DNA of 64,000 bases from Bigelowiella natans CCMP2755 (taxonomy: Eukaryota > Protista > Cercozoa): positions 62,001-126,000 of the forward strand of contig ADNK01002758.1 of NCBI GenBank assembly GCA_000320545.1. The letters run 5' to 3'. The notes beneath the pieces are model-generated. The model saw nothing but the letters and a program-made list of their open reading frames with translations. It ran no database searches and had not been told where the DNA came from. The translations under genes and the position numbers were made by a program. Shown piece by piece: positions 40,145 through 54,821 of the stretch. Positions within the stretch are counted from its first letter, which is position 1. Each line of letters begins with the position of its first letter.

Positions 40145-40794
40145 TTAATTTACAACTGCCTGTCCTCGTCCTTTAATTGCACCGCCTTTATTTTCTGCTC
40201 TCCGTTTCTTATTGTTTTTGGCAGCGTTGTTGCTTCTTTTACCAGTGTTCGAATTGCTATTTCTATTGTTAGGTTTCTTTTTCCTTCCTGTGTTGAGAGG
40301 CGCCTCTTTAATCGTATCTGTGTACTCTGATTTCATATTTTTTTCTTCCTTCATGCGTTGTTCCTTGGTACTGGCATTATTGTTCTTGTTGCTCTTCCTT
40401 ATGGCCTGCCCACCCCTTGAACCGCGTTGTCGCGGCTTTCCTGATGCTACTCCCAGCTGCTCTTGCTGCTGCTTCTTTTGTTGCCGGCTACCCCTGGATC
40501 TCGCACGAGTTTTCACCCCAGTTACTTTTTGGCGGTGCTAAATCAGATAGTAGGTTGTTAATCTTATTTTAACATTCTCCCTTTTTTAATAATTTATGTG
40601 TACACCATAATTATTACCTGCTCCTCGAGAGGCTTGCTTCCCTGTCCTGCTCTTTTCTTTGTAATATTTGCTGGTGGTGAGCTGCTTGGAGGCGGCGGCT
40701 TCACGTTTCGTGATGACACAGGTAACTGCTGCTGCTGCCGCCCCATCTTTGTATCACGATGTGCTGATAACATCTTAAAATTCTGAAAATATGA

Positions 40795-40863
<69 letters not shown>

Positions 40864-42043
40864 GGTAGCATATATGTGCTCTCTGAGAATGCAATTAACA
40901 CACCCTGTTATCTTTTCCAACCTCCTCCATTCTTTCTCCCTTCAAATATATCAGCCAGAAATACAAATACACTTCTACGCGCACACTATATATTGACTTA
41001 TGTGCATTATATGTGCCACAATACGTGTTTTTGTAAAATTGCGTTCCACACTGAATTTTGCTCAAGTTTATGTCATTTTGGAGTTATTGATAATGTTGTC
41101 AAAAGCATCGATTTGCTCGTTCTTCTTACCAAGAGCTTGCCGTAGGTGGGATCTTCAAGGCATTGTTCGAATAACACTCGCTTTGAAACACCGGCAAACC
41201 GTGGACCTTTTTTCACTGCAACGGGTGTAGTACTCCCCTGTGTAGTAGCACCACTAGAATAGATTTTGTCAGTTCCTTCGTCCTTGTGTTGCTGCTGTCT
41301 TTCTGATCTCTCACTGCTGCTATGTGTCTCCAATTTGCTGCTGCCCTTCTTCTCCGTCTCCTTGATTTGCACACCTCTCCTGCTTGTCATCGGTCCTCGG
41401 CGTCGCTTATTCCCGACATCTAGTAAAATTGTGTTTTGGTTAGTATAATTTGATGGCATGTTGGAAATAGGTACGATATATACAGAACAAATCAATGCTT
41501 GTTGACGAAAATATAATTTATTGAAAGACTAAGAAAACTTCAAGTGCGTATTCTGTTTTGGCTAACTCCCAAATTGTAACGTTAACCATCTTTGGAAAAA
41601 ACACTAAGATTTGATGACGCTGCCGCATGATATTAGAACGACCTTTCTCCTGCTGTTTTCCCTCCTCTGCAGCAGGTCTACTTCTGCTCTTCCCTTTCTT
41701 TGTCGATTTAGCGTTCCCACTTTTGTTAGCAACTGCCAAGGACTTTTTAGCTTCACCATTTTTACTTTTATTTTGGTTCTGCATGGTATCTGTTTTCTTC
41801 ATCCTCTTATTCTGCTGCTTATCTTGCTTTTGTCGGCGTGGTGTTTCTCCCTCCTCATCAGCGGAGTATTTCTTTCTTGCAGATTTCTTTCCCTCTTTCT
41901 TTTGTTTTGAATTACTATCACTGCTATTCTTTTTGATTTTGCTTCTCCTATTACCATCTAATTTCTGTCTATTTGCTTCCCCCCCACCAGCTGCTTGCCC
42001 ACTTGCTTGATGAGATGTGGAAGCTTTCGTGTCTGGTTTCTTG

Positions 42044-42077
<34 letters not shown>

Positions 42078-43363
42078 CCTTGATCCTCCAACGCTGTTTT
42101 GTCTTACCATTATGAGTTCCTTCCCTATTATTAGCTGCTGCTGATGCCTCTACTTTTGATGAAGTAGTTCTAGGAGTGCTTCCAGGAACTCCCTGGTCCC
42201 CCCCCCCTTTCTGCCCCTTTCCCGTTCTTTTCTTCCCGGAAGAGGTTCTAGATGACGTAGTATCATCGATAGATCGGCTATCGACTGTTGATTTCTTGCC
42301 TCCTGTGTTGGACGTCTTAGGCACCCATCTAGTAGACTTTTGAGTTCCCCCTTTCTTTACAGTTGATGTGGTGGTTGTAGCTGCTGCTGTAGCAGTAGAA
42401 GCTTTTGTAGCACGAGGCTTCTTTGCCTTCTTTGCTTCCTTTGCGGACTTACCATCCGTTACTCTTTCGGTTTTATTGTTTGCTTTCCTCTCTGTCTTAG
42501 CCTTTTTCTGTGTAGTTTTTCTCTTCGCCTTTGCTGTGTTTGCTTTATTTCTCTTCTGCTCCGTTACTGTTGCTCGCACTTTCTTACTGTTAGTATTATT
42601 ACCCTTTGCAATAATCGCCCTCGCGGATTTAATGCGAGCGCTAATGGAATTAATCGACGTTATGATGTCATCTTGCCTCTCCTTTAGAAGTACCATGTTT
42701 TTGTTCTTCTGATGATGTCCTCCTTTCTGGTCGCTTTTTTTCTCCTCGCTTATCGTAGCTGCTGCGCTGCCCTTATCATCATTCTTCTCGCTCATTTTAG
42801 CTGCTACGCTGTCCTTGTTCTCATTCTTCTCGCTCATCGCAGCTGCTGCGCTGCCCTTGTCATCATTCTCCTCGCTCATCGTAGCTGCTGCGCTGCCCTT
42901 GTTCTCATTCTTCTCGCTCATTTTAGCTGCTGTGATGTCCTTGTTCTCATTATTCTCGCTCATCGCAGCTACTGTGCTGTCCTTGTTCCCATTTTCCTCG
43001 CTCATCGTAGCTGCTGTGCCATCTTTGTTCTCATTCTCCTCGCTCATTTTAGCTGCTGCGCTGTCCTTGTTCTCAGCTTGCAAAGAGCTCACTGCTTCAT
43101 TGGGCTTCCCTGCTTGTTGCGATGCAATCTCATCCTATGAAAAAACACCACATGTGACAGTTATGATTGTGTCAGAGCATGCTGTTGACTGTGGAGAAGA
43201 ACTAACTGCGTTCAATCATAAACATCTCTATGGTGACTTCATAAGCTCTGTTAGGAGGGTTTGAGCTTGCACATAGATTTTACTTTGCACCGGTGATGGT
43301 AACCTTTTTGGCTTGATCCAAACTTTGAGCTGCAGCCTTCTCCACGTCAGTATCTGCGGTCAT
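40145..43363 (-). CDS. Low-complexity K/S/E/N-rich hypothetical protein with N-terminal 14-aa tandem repeats
   Basis: ATG 43363 MTADTDVEKAAAQSLDQAKK|DEIASQQ... runs into ORF 41518-43092, then exons within ORFs 41073-41495, 40594-40920 and 40145-40516. Confidence 0.65.
42742..43077 (-). repeat. Coding minisatellite, 8 x 42 bp (14 aa, consensus NENKD/GSAAAKMSEE/K)
   Basis: AENKDSAAAKMSEE NENKDGTAATMSEE NGNKDSTVAAMSEN NENKDITAAKMSEK NENKGSAAATMSEE NDDKGSAAAAMSEK NENKDSVAAKMSEK NDDKGSAAATISEE. Confidence 0.92.
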
Positions 43364-43993
43364 GACAATCGTACCTACCGAAGGAATGGGGAACGAAAGG
43401 TGGCTGTGCGGGTTGAGGAAAACGAGAAGAATCCTGCACCTCCTTCGTAGAACAGGATAATTTCACAAATAGGACCTATTTCTCCCTTGCGACTTACTCA
43501 GATGAGGGAATTCTGTACATGCAATGTCCAGCATCGAACAGATATTTTCGGCCTGGAAAACGCAATATGCGTCAAGCAAGAACGGAGTGATTCCGAAGGT
43601 AAATGGCTGTGCGATGCGTATCTTGCTGATCGCCGCTGGAAATCTTACGATATTTCTCGCATCGAGAATAGTCTAAAGCTGCAGTGTTGATTACGGAAAG
43701 AAATCTAGGATATTCCTCCGATCGGAAATAGTAACAATCTGAGGCATGGGCAGTAGTCGAATTAACAACCACACGCTTCCATGTACTGAGCCTACTAGAT
43801 GAACAGGGAGGGGGGGAGGGATTACTGAGATTGTAACATACCATTCATCGCCGAATTTGTTTACATCAGAGCTAATCGATCTGAATAAGAACGGGGGGAA
43901 ACAAGTTTCGTCAAAACAGCACTGCTCATGAAGAACATCCTCTAGACGCTGCTTCGCTTCCAATCCTCGAAGCAAATCCCATCAAGAACAATA

Positions 43994-44686
43994 ATGAATG
44001 TACAGGAGACTGAGGACGACAGCAAGGCGAAGTAAATTATTCTTCATATATCCCCATTATGTTCTGTTTGCATTTCCTTGACTGAAGGAGTTAAAGCAAC
44101 CCCAAAAACTGTGTTGTTGGGAATAATGTTGGGGTACCTACGTCGTTGTCATCGTCGTTGTCGTATCGTCACACTAAATAAAGTCACAATAATCAGGCTA
44201 TTGTCACCGTGTTCCCCAGCTTTGTTGCAAGATGTAGAAGGCAGTAGCATCCAGAACCAAGGCAATCACTCTCCAGATCGCAAGGTAGTAGTAGTAGGCA
44301 ATGCAGACGAAACACGTACGAATGAAGGAAGGGGGGGGATGAGGAGGAGGAGGAGGAAGGAGCATGGAGAGGGGCGATAGGATCCAATTTAGATTTGACA
44401 TTTGATAGAAGCTAATTTGTATTGAAAGCGAGAAGAGGACCTCCGGATATTGGCAGTAACATACTCCGTGCTCTTCTCAAGGTAATGCCAATTCAATCAG
44501 CACGAAAATTGATTAGATGATCCTTGTCGATTATTCTTGTTGATGATATGCAATCTGGATATTATGGTGAACAGATACGCCATAGCGACTTTTCTCTCGT
44601 CGTTTTTCCCTACCTATGCAGAAGGTGATGATCAGACATCGGTTATCATATCAGACAAAATGATAATTTCACACTAAATTCTGCAT

Positions 44687-44751
<65 letters not shown>

Positions 44752-44927
44752 ACTATGCTCAGACAATAACATTTCGGGCACAATATCTGGTCTTATCTTT
44801 GCGGCATATCCTTTGGGGATAACAATTACATCAGCTGTGGGAACAGATTGGATGCACAGGTACTACTATTTATCTTGTAACTTCCTAATAATACTCATAA
44901 TTACTATCACCTCAAATTGATGCTTGC

Positions 44928-44974
<47 letters not shown>

Positions 44975-45050
44975 TGTGTGTGTGTGTGTATGCCGCGCTT
45001 CGTTTCGAATCCTCTCAATAAAAAACACAACTTAATCAGTGTCATCATTG

Positions 45051-45083
<33 letters not shown>

Positions 45084-45329
45084 GGCTCGGATTGAAATCG
45101 TGTTTAGTTGTGGGAATGATAAACACAACATTGTTTACGTTTTTGTTTGGGGCAACTCCAACACTCTGTAAGGTAGGCAGATGATGAAAAAACAGCCCTT
45201 GTTATTCTCTCACTCACTGACAGCACTATAATAACAAACAAACAGAGGTTTGGATTTGGTGATCAAAACCAGCAATGGTTCTTTTTGCTATTCTACTTCT
45301 TGGGAGGACTGGTAAGATCTAAATTCATA

Positions 45330-45373
<44 letters not shown>

Positions 45374-45505
45374 CTCTCCTCCCATGGAAGATCAACTTGT
45401 GACATCATTATGCATGCGGAGAGAATGTGTGTAATACGGTTTCTTTTCACCTCTTCATCAATATACTCTTACAGTTGTTCTCACAGAAATAACCACTTCC
45501 ACCAC

Positions 45506-45541
<36 letters not shown>

Positions 45542-45558
45542 GCCAACAAGAACTAAAA

Positions 45559-45590
<32 letters not shown>

Positions 45591-46532
45591 CTCAGGGGGG
45601 GGCCGTAGCAGAAACGGGTTGCATCATGATCGCAAATTACCGTTTTCGAGAGAATTCTGGAGCAATTTCAGCTTCTATTGGGACTGTGTGTGGCCTGGGT
45701 AGTAGTAGTAGTAGTAGTAGTTGTTGTTGTTGTAGTAATTGTGCTTGTAGTCGGTTGCTCTCTTTTCCTTTATTCAAATACGGTGATGCTGCTTGAGTCA
45801 GTCAGGAGTTATTGATGATTCTCACCACTAGCGAATGACCAACTTATTCTTATCATTACAAGCACTACCTTTTCAATATCATCATGATTATCATCATCAT
45901 CATCAATCATCATCATCGTTCTCGACTCAGTACTAATTATCGTTATCATGATCATCATGAAACTAGGATGCATGGCTGGCCCACCTATGGGTACGTATGG
46001 TGACGACGATGATGATGATGATGGTGGTGATGATGATGATGAGGATGATGGTGATGATGGATAAGATAGCGAATGAAAGTCATATCGAGATATATTCTAA
46101 TAACTCTCCTCTCAATAGACTTCCTTGTTGTCGTTGTCGTTGTTGTTGTAGTTATTGTTATTGTTGATGATGATGATGATGATGATATCCATCATCTTTC
46201 GTGTAATTATTGCTATTGAGATGTTAGCTGACGATAACAGCCGAAGTACTGTTGTTGCTATTGTTGTTATCTTCCCCCCCCCCACTGAATGATTGATTGA
46301 TTGATTGATTGGTTGGTGTGCTGTGCCTGGTGGTGTATTATTGTCAAAGGTGGTATACTATATGACTACGGCGCCTACACGGGGCTGACAGCGTTCTTCT
46401 TTCCATTTCTCGTCTTCTCTGCAGTGCCGTTTATCATCCTAGCTGCCCTTCCTTTTGCCCTTGGGCCATCATTCTCGGTATGATGATGACACTATGTTGT
46501 TACTGAGTAGTTTTGGTGTGCGTGTTTGTGCG

Positions 46533-46588
<56 letters not shown>

Positions 46589-46692
46589 AGAGAAGAGTCA
46601 TGGAGGCGGACCAGGATTGTTTCCCTTCGTGTTCTGAATTGTGTCTTCCTGTTCTTCACTAGAATAAAGTTTGATTTGCTATGAGATTTATT

Positions 46693-46726
<34 letters not shown>

Positions 46727-47595
46727 CTGATTGATTATGGTTGGTCCTACTAGTAAGAAGAAGCATCTTCCATTGTTTCATGCTTCTTTCATCAGTGAAT
46801 GGTGTGATACACAAAACTGATCGTTGGCATACCTAAACACACAACTCGCTACCTCTATATCAGGACGAAGACATGTCTGCTTCACAACAGCAACAACAAC
46901 AACAACAACGTTCCGAAGAAAGAGAGCAAATGCATAACGACGAAGAGCTGAACGGAGTTCCGCCTAATGATAATGATGAGGGGAAAAATGATGATGATGA
47001 CGATGATGATGGTGATACTACTACTTCTGCTACCACCTCTATCACCAAGGTATTGATGCGAACAAGCTAGGAAAAGAAGAAGAAGACGACGACGATGATG
47101 ATGATGATGATGATGATGGGTGATGATGAGTAGCAATGGTAAGTATTCAGTACATTTTAATGAAGGTCCACGCGCACCCCAGATAATAATAGTAATAATA
47201 AATCATAATAATATATAGCCGGGGAGCAGCCTTAATGGCATTCTTCTACGATCCCATCAACACCGTAGTTCATAATGGTGATGATGATGATATTGATGAT
47301 GATGATAATGATGATGATGATGATGATGCTACTAGGTTATGACGAAATCACGGCTCGTGTCTTTGATCGCAATGGGGTAGGCTTTTGTGGCCGAATTACT
47401 ACTTATAATTGTTATTATAATGATCGTTATTGTTATTATCTCTCTTTGGCGTGATGCTTGTTGCTGCTGGGTTGTGTCCTTACATAACAAGTTATATAGC
47501 TATATTCCTTCAAATTTGATGGCATCATCATCATCATCTCATCATGAGGACAACTTACATTGTACTAGCTCATGTCAGCCCAAGTATGCATGTAG

Positions 47596-47635
<40 letters not shown>

Positions 47636-48170
47636 TGTGTGCGTGTGTGTATGGGGGGTTGCGTGCGCAAAAGCAGCTTTTAAGAGTACAATCCTTCTAC
47701 AAGTTCTTCTGACCTTCCTCCTCCTCCTGTAACGTCTTCTTGTTGTTCTTGTTCTTGTTCTTCTTCTAATAATGTAAGTATCAATGGAGGGCTAGTGTCA
47801 AGCTTAGATCCAACTTTAGCCTACCGTCTTAGCAGCAAAGTAAACATTTCTCGATCCTTATCATCACCATCATCGTCGTCATCATCACCATTATCATTAT
47901 CAGTATCATCGTCATCATGTTCTTCGTCTATGTTTCTATCTTAGTCCATATGACAATCATCATCATCATCATCATCACTATCAGCCTATTGACTACTCAA
48001 GCACAATGGTGGGGCTGGTGTTCATGGTATCTTCCATCTCGTACATCGTCACGTCAATACCTTGCGGCTACATCATGGACTATTACAAGGTGCTGCTAGT
48101 AACTTGCTAAGTGACTATTAAACTACTACCAAGATGTGATCAATGTGGAAAACAAAGGAGGAGACAGCAA

Positions 48171-48204
<34 letters not shown>

Positions 48205-48573
48205 GTGATGATATCAGGGTTGTAGCTACGTATTTAAGGGGGTTCAAGCTGGCGGTCTGCTGTCTTTGTTTGTTTGCTTTATGATGCTCGGCCCTCTTCA
48301 ATTGAGGTAGTAGTAGTAGTAGTAGTAGCAGTAGTAGTAGTACTTAAGAGAGATTTGCTGAAGAAGAGGACGATTAAGCGATGTGTGCTCCTTTATGATG
48401 ACGACGTATATGTCACAACAATTACTCGAAGTAGATGAGTGCAAAGTAGGAGTAGTAGTGGTAGTGGAAGTGAGCAGTTATAAGTGGTTGGATATAAGCG
48501 GTGTTGGATATTTGCCACCTGGTATCTAATTTATACTACTATCGTTTGCTCGCTCTCTCTCTCTTTCTCTCTC

Positions 48574-48616
<43 letters not shown>

Positions 48617-48684
48617 AGGATATTTCAATCTGCATTCAACAACGTTCCCTCTGCATGGATCGGCATGCTTCTGAAGGGTGATAT

Positions 48685-48719
<35 letters not shown>

Positions 48720-48934
48720 AACTCCTAATTATTGGTGTATTTACGCGCATCTCTTGGCAATAACAAACCTAGAAATGTTTTGATATCACTATTCTTAACA
48801 TCGTCATCATCATCGTCGTCATCATCTTCATTATCATCATGATGCTGCAGGGATTGGTAGCACTGGCAACAACGCAGTATATCCTGATCTCGTCATAGGA
48901 GTAATAAGAGACCATTTAGTCATCCTCCTTTCCT

Positions 48935-48975
<41 letters not shown>

Positions 48976-49060
48976 CTTAATATGTGTGTGTGTGTGTGTG
49001 TTGGCGGCGTTAATTTGGAGATGTATAGTAGTATATATAATTAACAGGGTGATAACAACG

Positions 49061-49092
<32 letters not shown>

Positions 49093-49314
49093 AATGACGA
49101 TATATGCTTAATAACGTTAGTGCTTCTTACCAAATGAATAAGAACCTACTACCGCTACTACTATAGAATTTGTTAATAAGATAGCAGTAGGTGATGGTGG
49201 TAGTAATGATGATAGAATGACGAATATTCTCGATGATTCTCTTATATCATTGGCTCTTAGCATTGGACAGTACGTAAAATTTGCACCATTATTATGATCG
49301 TTATTATGATTGTT

Positions 49315-49349
<35 letters not shown>

Positions 49350-50436
49350 TATCTCCTTGTTCTCCTTCTTCTTCTTCTTCTTCTTCTTCTTCTTCTTCTT
49401 CTTCACTTCAGATACGAGGCAACGATGAAAAAGTGCATGCAATGATATCAGGAGTTTGGAATGCAGTGTAAGTCTCCCAGTAACTAGACGATGATAGATC
49501 ATCAATAAGCAATAGATAAAGAACACGAAGAACAAGAACAAGAAGAAGGGGATGTGGACGATGATAGAAATAAATTCAAACACGAGGACCCAACGCAGTA
49601 AGATGTTCTCATAATGGCCTCTCTCTCTCTCTTTCTCTCTCTCTCTTTGCCTTAATTTTCATTCAGATATGCTGTGGGATGGGCCATTGGACCTTTATAT
49701 GGCGGAGCAGTATACCAGGTAGTAGCATCTAGTATTGTGAGTGTGTGAGTATTTGTGTGTGTGTGTGTGTGTGTGCGTATTCAGGGCCACTGTTCTTAAA
49801 TTATCGGTTTGTTAATCATATTCTCCTTCCATCCGTTTCGCAAATGATCATCTCGATTTGTATGATTGACCAACTTTGGTATGGTGTACTTTGTATCTTC
49901 TCGTAGGCTTTTGGATTTGCAGGATATGCCACCATAAATGCAATGTAGTGTGAGTTTTTTAGCAGTAGTGCCGCATGCAGTCCAATGATATCGATATATC
50001 ACCGACCAGTAATGGCTCTCACTCATTTATTGCTTTATCAATTATTTGTTTAGTATAGCACTAGTGTGCTCATCGATGCTGTTCCTGACCTCGATTCCTT
50101 CTGTCTCGCATTATCTTAACAAAACAACCACAAAAGTATACGTCACCAGGTGTGCTCCTCCATAGCAGTTATTAAAGTAGTTCAATCTAGCTATTCATAA
50201 CCTTTATTTTGGTCGATGCGACGAATTGCCTTACTTGTGTGCAATGCATGTTTGCATAATGATGTATCAGCGACAGCCTGACCACAGCTCCTCAAGGATT
50301 TGAACCAATACCGGCTCACGATCCACAGGACAATGACGTTGATGATGTTGATGAGAATGGTTATCGAGAGAAAGGAGTAGGACGGTTGGAAGGTATGCAA
50401 GAGGAGCGAAAGAGGCAACCAAACCACGTGCAGTAG
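43994..50436 (+). CDS. Major facilitator superfamily transporter, SLC18 (SLC18B1/vesicular amine transporter)-like
   Basis: About 20 small exons: YAIATFLSSFFPTYAE, ISGTISGLIFAAYPLG, GAVAETG, CGLG|CMAGPPMG|GILYDYG..FFFPFLV, SSLDPTLAYRL, VGLVFMVSSISYIVTSIPCGYIMD, FMMLGP, ISGVWNA, AVGWAIGPLYGGAVYQ. Last exon ends ...PNHVQ* at 50436. Confidence 0.82.
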
Positions 50437-50519
50437 AGCACTCTATAGAATGATCTTTCTGATTTCACAGAATAATAAACAATTGATTGTTAAGAGTTAG
50501 CCATATTTAGTTATGATCA

Positions 50520-51130
50520 TGTAGCTTAGAGTAGGCCATGCTTGCGCCTTGCTTTGTACATTTGGTGATGCTCAGCGCTAGCCCATGGCGATGGGCCTGC
50601 AATTAAATGTACACACATATACTACTAGTCTAGAAGCACACATGAGCCATGAGCCATGCTAGCATGTTACATATGTCCTAAAGGGTGTACGTTTTGTGCC
50701 CTATTGGCAGCCACGACGTACATGACACACACATGCTACATGTAGCATTGTACGTCAAAATTCATATGTGTCAGTACGTCTTTTAAGTGAATATGATTGC
50801 AAATGAAAGATAATTGTTGGCCACTGTTGCTTTCACGGCAAAAGCAATGACATCGTCTAGATCATATCGCCAATGCTAGATTACTCCGATGTGTGATCAT
50901 GCACATGTGTGTGCTAAAAATACCGTGCATCATATGATAGACATATTGCTGTGTCTATTATTCATCGTATGAGGAATCAGCTCACTGCCATAGTGATGCG
51001 TGACGACAAATAACATAAAGGAAAACATTGACTTGCCATGAATTCAAAGGAAACACGCACAGCTAGGCAGCTGCGCGAAACGCGCGATATTCAAGACCGA
51101 AACAACATGCATTTGCATTTGATTGCATGA
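50520..51130. other. CATG/CTAG-rich intergenic island 5 (convergent gap)
   Basis: CATGCTAGCATG at 50655 plus many catg/tgca/ctag. TpA loss is weaker here. Confidence 0.6.
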
Positions 51131-51265
51131 AACACATTATAGCTGGATAGCGGAGACCAACAGATTCAACATTAGCGCTGTAGCCGCTGTTTTGCACAGC
51201 TACATATGAGGATGACCATTGAAGAAATTTAATTTGATTTATTACATCCGTCTTACCATATGCGC
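51123..51265 (-). repeat. Dispersed ~130-140-bp repeat, copy B (inverted relative to 8125-8254)
   Basis: Reverse complement gcgcatatggtaagacggatgtaataaatcaaattaaatttcttcaatggtcatcctcatatgtagctgtgcaaaacagcggctacagcgctaatgttgaatctgttggtctc...aatgtgtttcatgca matches copy A. Confidence 0.85.
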
Positions 51266-51564
51266 AGCTAAATCGGGATTGAAAGAATGCAATTCATAAC
51301 ATCCATCTCATATATAATATGCTGCATATAATGTAATTTTGAATATAAGATCAACGTGTTTGACTTACATTCCCATTGGGCATATGAGCGAATGCACGCC
51401 TGGTTAAAACTGTCCTTCAATGATCAAATGTGCCCCGAAGAATGGAAATATTTTTGTTAGCAAATCGTGTAGCGGTGCGATGAGATGAGCTAGCTGCTGA
51501 GGTTGCTAAAATACAACAGGTCTTGTACATCCATATTGATATATACATATATAAATATATACAT

Positions 51565-51598
<34 letters not shown>

Positions 51599-51694
51599 AT
51601 ATATATATATATTTCGGTAGTGTAGAGCAAAAGGATGCTATCAACTTAAGAGTCGGGCTTTTCATCGTTTATGAACGACGGCGAATGAATATAT

Positions 51695-52702
51695 CTATCG
51701 TAACACAATTCTTCCTTTATAGACTTGTTTGTCCTCCCGACCTTGCAGCACTATGTGTTCTTCAGTCTCTAATACATCCTAGTAAGTGATGATCATGGTC
51801 AATCAACACAACTCGATGACTACTACTACTACTACTACTACTACTACTGCTGCTACTACAATTCGGATATCATCGAAGCAAATGAATATGTGTGCGAACA
51901 AACTAATCTGTTATGATGCTGCTAGATTAATTATCATTAGAAATGCAGTAATTTTCCCCCATTACTAGCACCTACCAGTGCTTGGTGGACGTAGAAAAAT
52001 GGAGAGGAAAACGACCCCTCAACCTCTGCAGAGATGACTCCTCTTCCTGTGTATGCCATAACACGCACCATCATGTCATCCTCTTCTTGCGAGTATGTGT
52101 ATTGTGCTCGATTGCTAGAGCGCCTCCCCTGCTCCTACTCCTCTCCATCAAGGGCAGGGATGTACAAGCGATGGCCTTTACTACATAGCTAGCACCACCT
52201 TGAGGCCCCTTTACAGTGAACATGATCTGAAGGCGATTTGGCCGATACCAACGCGTGATAAAGCCTTGGTATTTGGCTCTTTCCTCTGGATCTGTCCTTA
52301 TACCCCCTTTTGGTAGTAGTAGTAGTAGTAGTAGTAGTAGGAGTATGAGTAAGAAAATGTATAATAGTCGTCAAATTGCCATCCCTTGATAGGTCAGAAA
52401 CAGCACCATGCACGTATGCATTATAACCTATAATTATTGTTATTGTTATTTTTGGTACACTTATAAAGCATATTGGATATATGATGCTACTATCATCATG
52501 CGGCAATATTACTGTGCAAATACGATAACCTGGAATGAACGTGTAGGCTCTGAATTCACTGAGAGGCTTGATGGGGGTGCCAAGCTTCTTCTTGATAATG
52601 GGGTCACTTTGTAGCGCTAAGTATTTGTTGTGGGGAAAAACGGAATAATATATATATAAATATAATTTTACATAAAGCATTTATAATAAATATTAAAAAA
52701 TA

Positions 52703-52739
<37 letters not shown>

Positions 52740-53175
52740 TTTTTTATAATTATATATATTATGTTAGCCTCGATTGTTTACACCTCTCATCATTCCGCGA
52801 TACACCATTTCCGGCCTCAAGGACAGAAAACTGAATGATAGCATAGAAGAATTACATATGTTCATCAGTATCTTAATTGTTGTGCAAACATCGAATCATC
52901 TTGATAATCATAATCCTGCTTCTCTTTGTTTCGCCCTCTCGTTCATTCATTCTTCCTTATCACTAGCCATTCATTTTGCTACTGCTATGCGAAGAAGCAC
53001 CTTCTTGAAGTGAAGTAGCAGACAACAATAATAGCCGCTCCGGAAAAGCAACCGAGTAGGAACCCGACTTTAAGGCCATCCCATATCGTCACCCCAGAGA
53101 AGAACGACTTTGTGGAAGCAGCGACGCAACAGCGATGACAAATATATTAAATGGATGATGATACTTATATGTAAG

Positions 53176-53211
<36 letters not shown>

Positions 53212-53861
53212 ATAAACTTATCTGCAGTTGCATTGGCGCATCGACGCAACCCCCTCCTTCCCCCCTCCAAAATCATGATCTCCTCCTATTTGTTGTTGTT
53301 GTAGTAGTAGTAGTAGTAGTAGTAGTAATAGTAATAGTACCGCAGTTTGATATCCTGTCTTGAGAATCAGGTAGATCGCAAGGCTAGCACCCCCAATCAT
53401 AGCATATGACCTAAGATACCCCGGAGAGAAGTAGGCTGCAAGCTGCTTCACACGATCTGTATGGTGTGGGAGCGACATTTATCAACTGAGAATTACTATC
53501 ACCATTGCAAAAATGTGGATTGTAATGTGCATGATGAGGAGCAGCTGAGAGAGCATCCCTACCTCACCTCAATTCAGAATACAATATTACCAACAGGTTC
53601 TTTGCTTGAAGAAGAAAGCAGACGAAGAACTTTTCGTCTTGGACCCGTTGTTCTCGAGATCAACGCCATTGGACTGACCTTCCTCAAAGATGCAAACCCT
53701 CTTCCAAGTAGACCGCTATTCCGAGATGACAACCACTTGCTCGCCGCAGAGCCTTTGGTAATGATGGATGAGAAGCTCCTAGATCGACCCGATGAGAGAG
53801 GAGATACATGGAGAGCGTGAAAGGATAATATTTGTCTAGGCCGAATGATGCTACGAAGCAT
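51695..53861 (-). CDS. Mitochondrial inner-membrane protein, TIM21/Coa1-like
   Basis: R/S/L-rich, acid-free presequence MLRSIIRPRQILSFHALHVSPLSSGRSRSFSS...; TM segment YAMIGGASLAIYLIL; SLRPEMVYRG|ALQSDPIIKKKLGTPIK motif; ISAEV; ends DVLETEEHIVLQGREDKQVYKGRIVLR*. Confidence 0.65.
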
Positions 53862-54531
53862 TTCGTAGTACAACTAGTAGTAGGATCCTTGGTGGGCTTT
53901 GATAAACGCGTGTGCGCTCACAGGGGTCGATATGCGAGGGGGCGAGGATTTCACGAAACCTAGGTGCGACTTGGCAACCATGTTGTCGCAGTATATCTAT
54001 GCATGATACTCTCTGCAAATTGTGATATTCAGAGATATCGCATGACGTATCCACGATTCAACTTAGCATTCAGGCAAATCTCAATCTACGACAATTTTGA
54101 AAAATGGCTTCGAATAAGACTTACCGGTACTTACAGGAATTTAGAGGCGAAATAATGTTTGTCGCGATTTCCAAACGCGATGCAATTTTACATAGGTCTT
54201 CGGTATTTGTGTGCACAAAACGAAGTTAAGCTCACAGGTAATTTCTCATCGATTTGCGATTGCTACTGATGACAACCTTTCCACAAGTTGTATTTCCTTG
54301 AAAAACGAGAAGATATTGGCTCAACATTACTAAAAATGGCCTGCGTTTATACAAAAACCGGTGCTGTTCTTTCTTCTCAACGCCTCTCCTGTGAGAGCAC
54401 TACCCGCTCCGACCCTCCCCCTTCACAGCAACCAGCTTGCTCTCCTACCAGGCGGCGATCTTGCTTGGTTCATTTCTTTTTTTAAGCTGATAATAGACTT
54501 AGTTCTTGGTGCACTGGTACGAAGGCAGGCG

Positions 54532-54774
54532 ATGGGGAACCATTCTGGGAAGGACAAGAAAACAGGTGAGGATACCGTCCTCTCAGAGACAACCAGCACA
54601 GAGGATGGAAAACAACCTAAGAAACAAATTAAAGGAGGAAGGAAACGCAAGTCAATAAATCTGGAGGAAACTTGGAAAATATTCGACGACGATCCGGTAG
54701 CTATAGTACGAGGCATATTTTTTAAGGAAACATACCATGTACACAACCATTTTTTTGCGAGATATTAGCAACAT

Positions 54775-54821
<47 letters not shown>

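Noticed and set aside
41611-43264. Hydrophobic plus-strand ORFs that look like membrane proteins
   Set aside because: Antisense shadows of the K/E-rich minus-strand gene and its 42-bp repeat.
52640-52765. Very AT-rich, roughly symmetric stretch resembling a MITE or hairpin
   Set aside because: Symmetry is explained by a central (TA)n tract and A/T runs inside an intron; no clear TIR or TSD.
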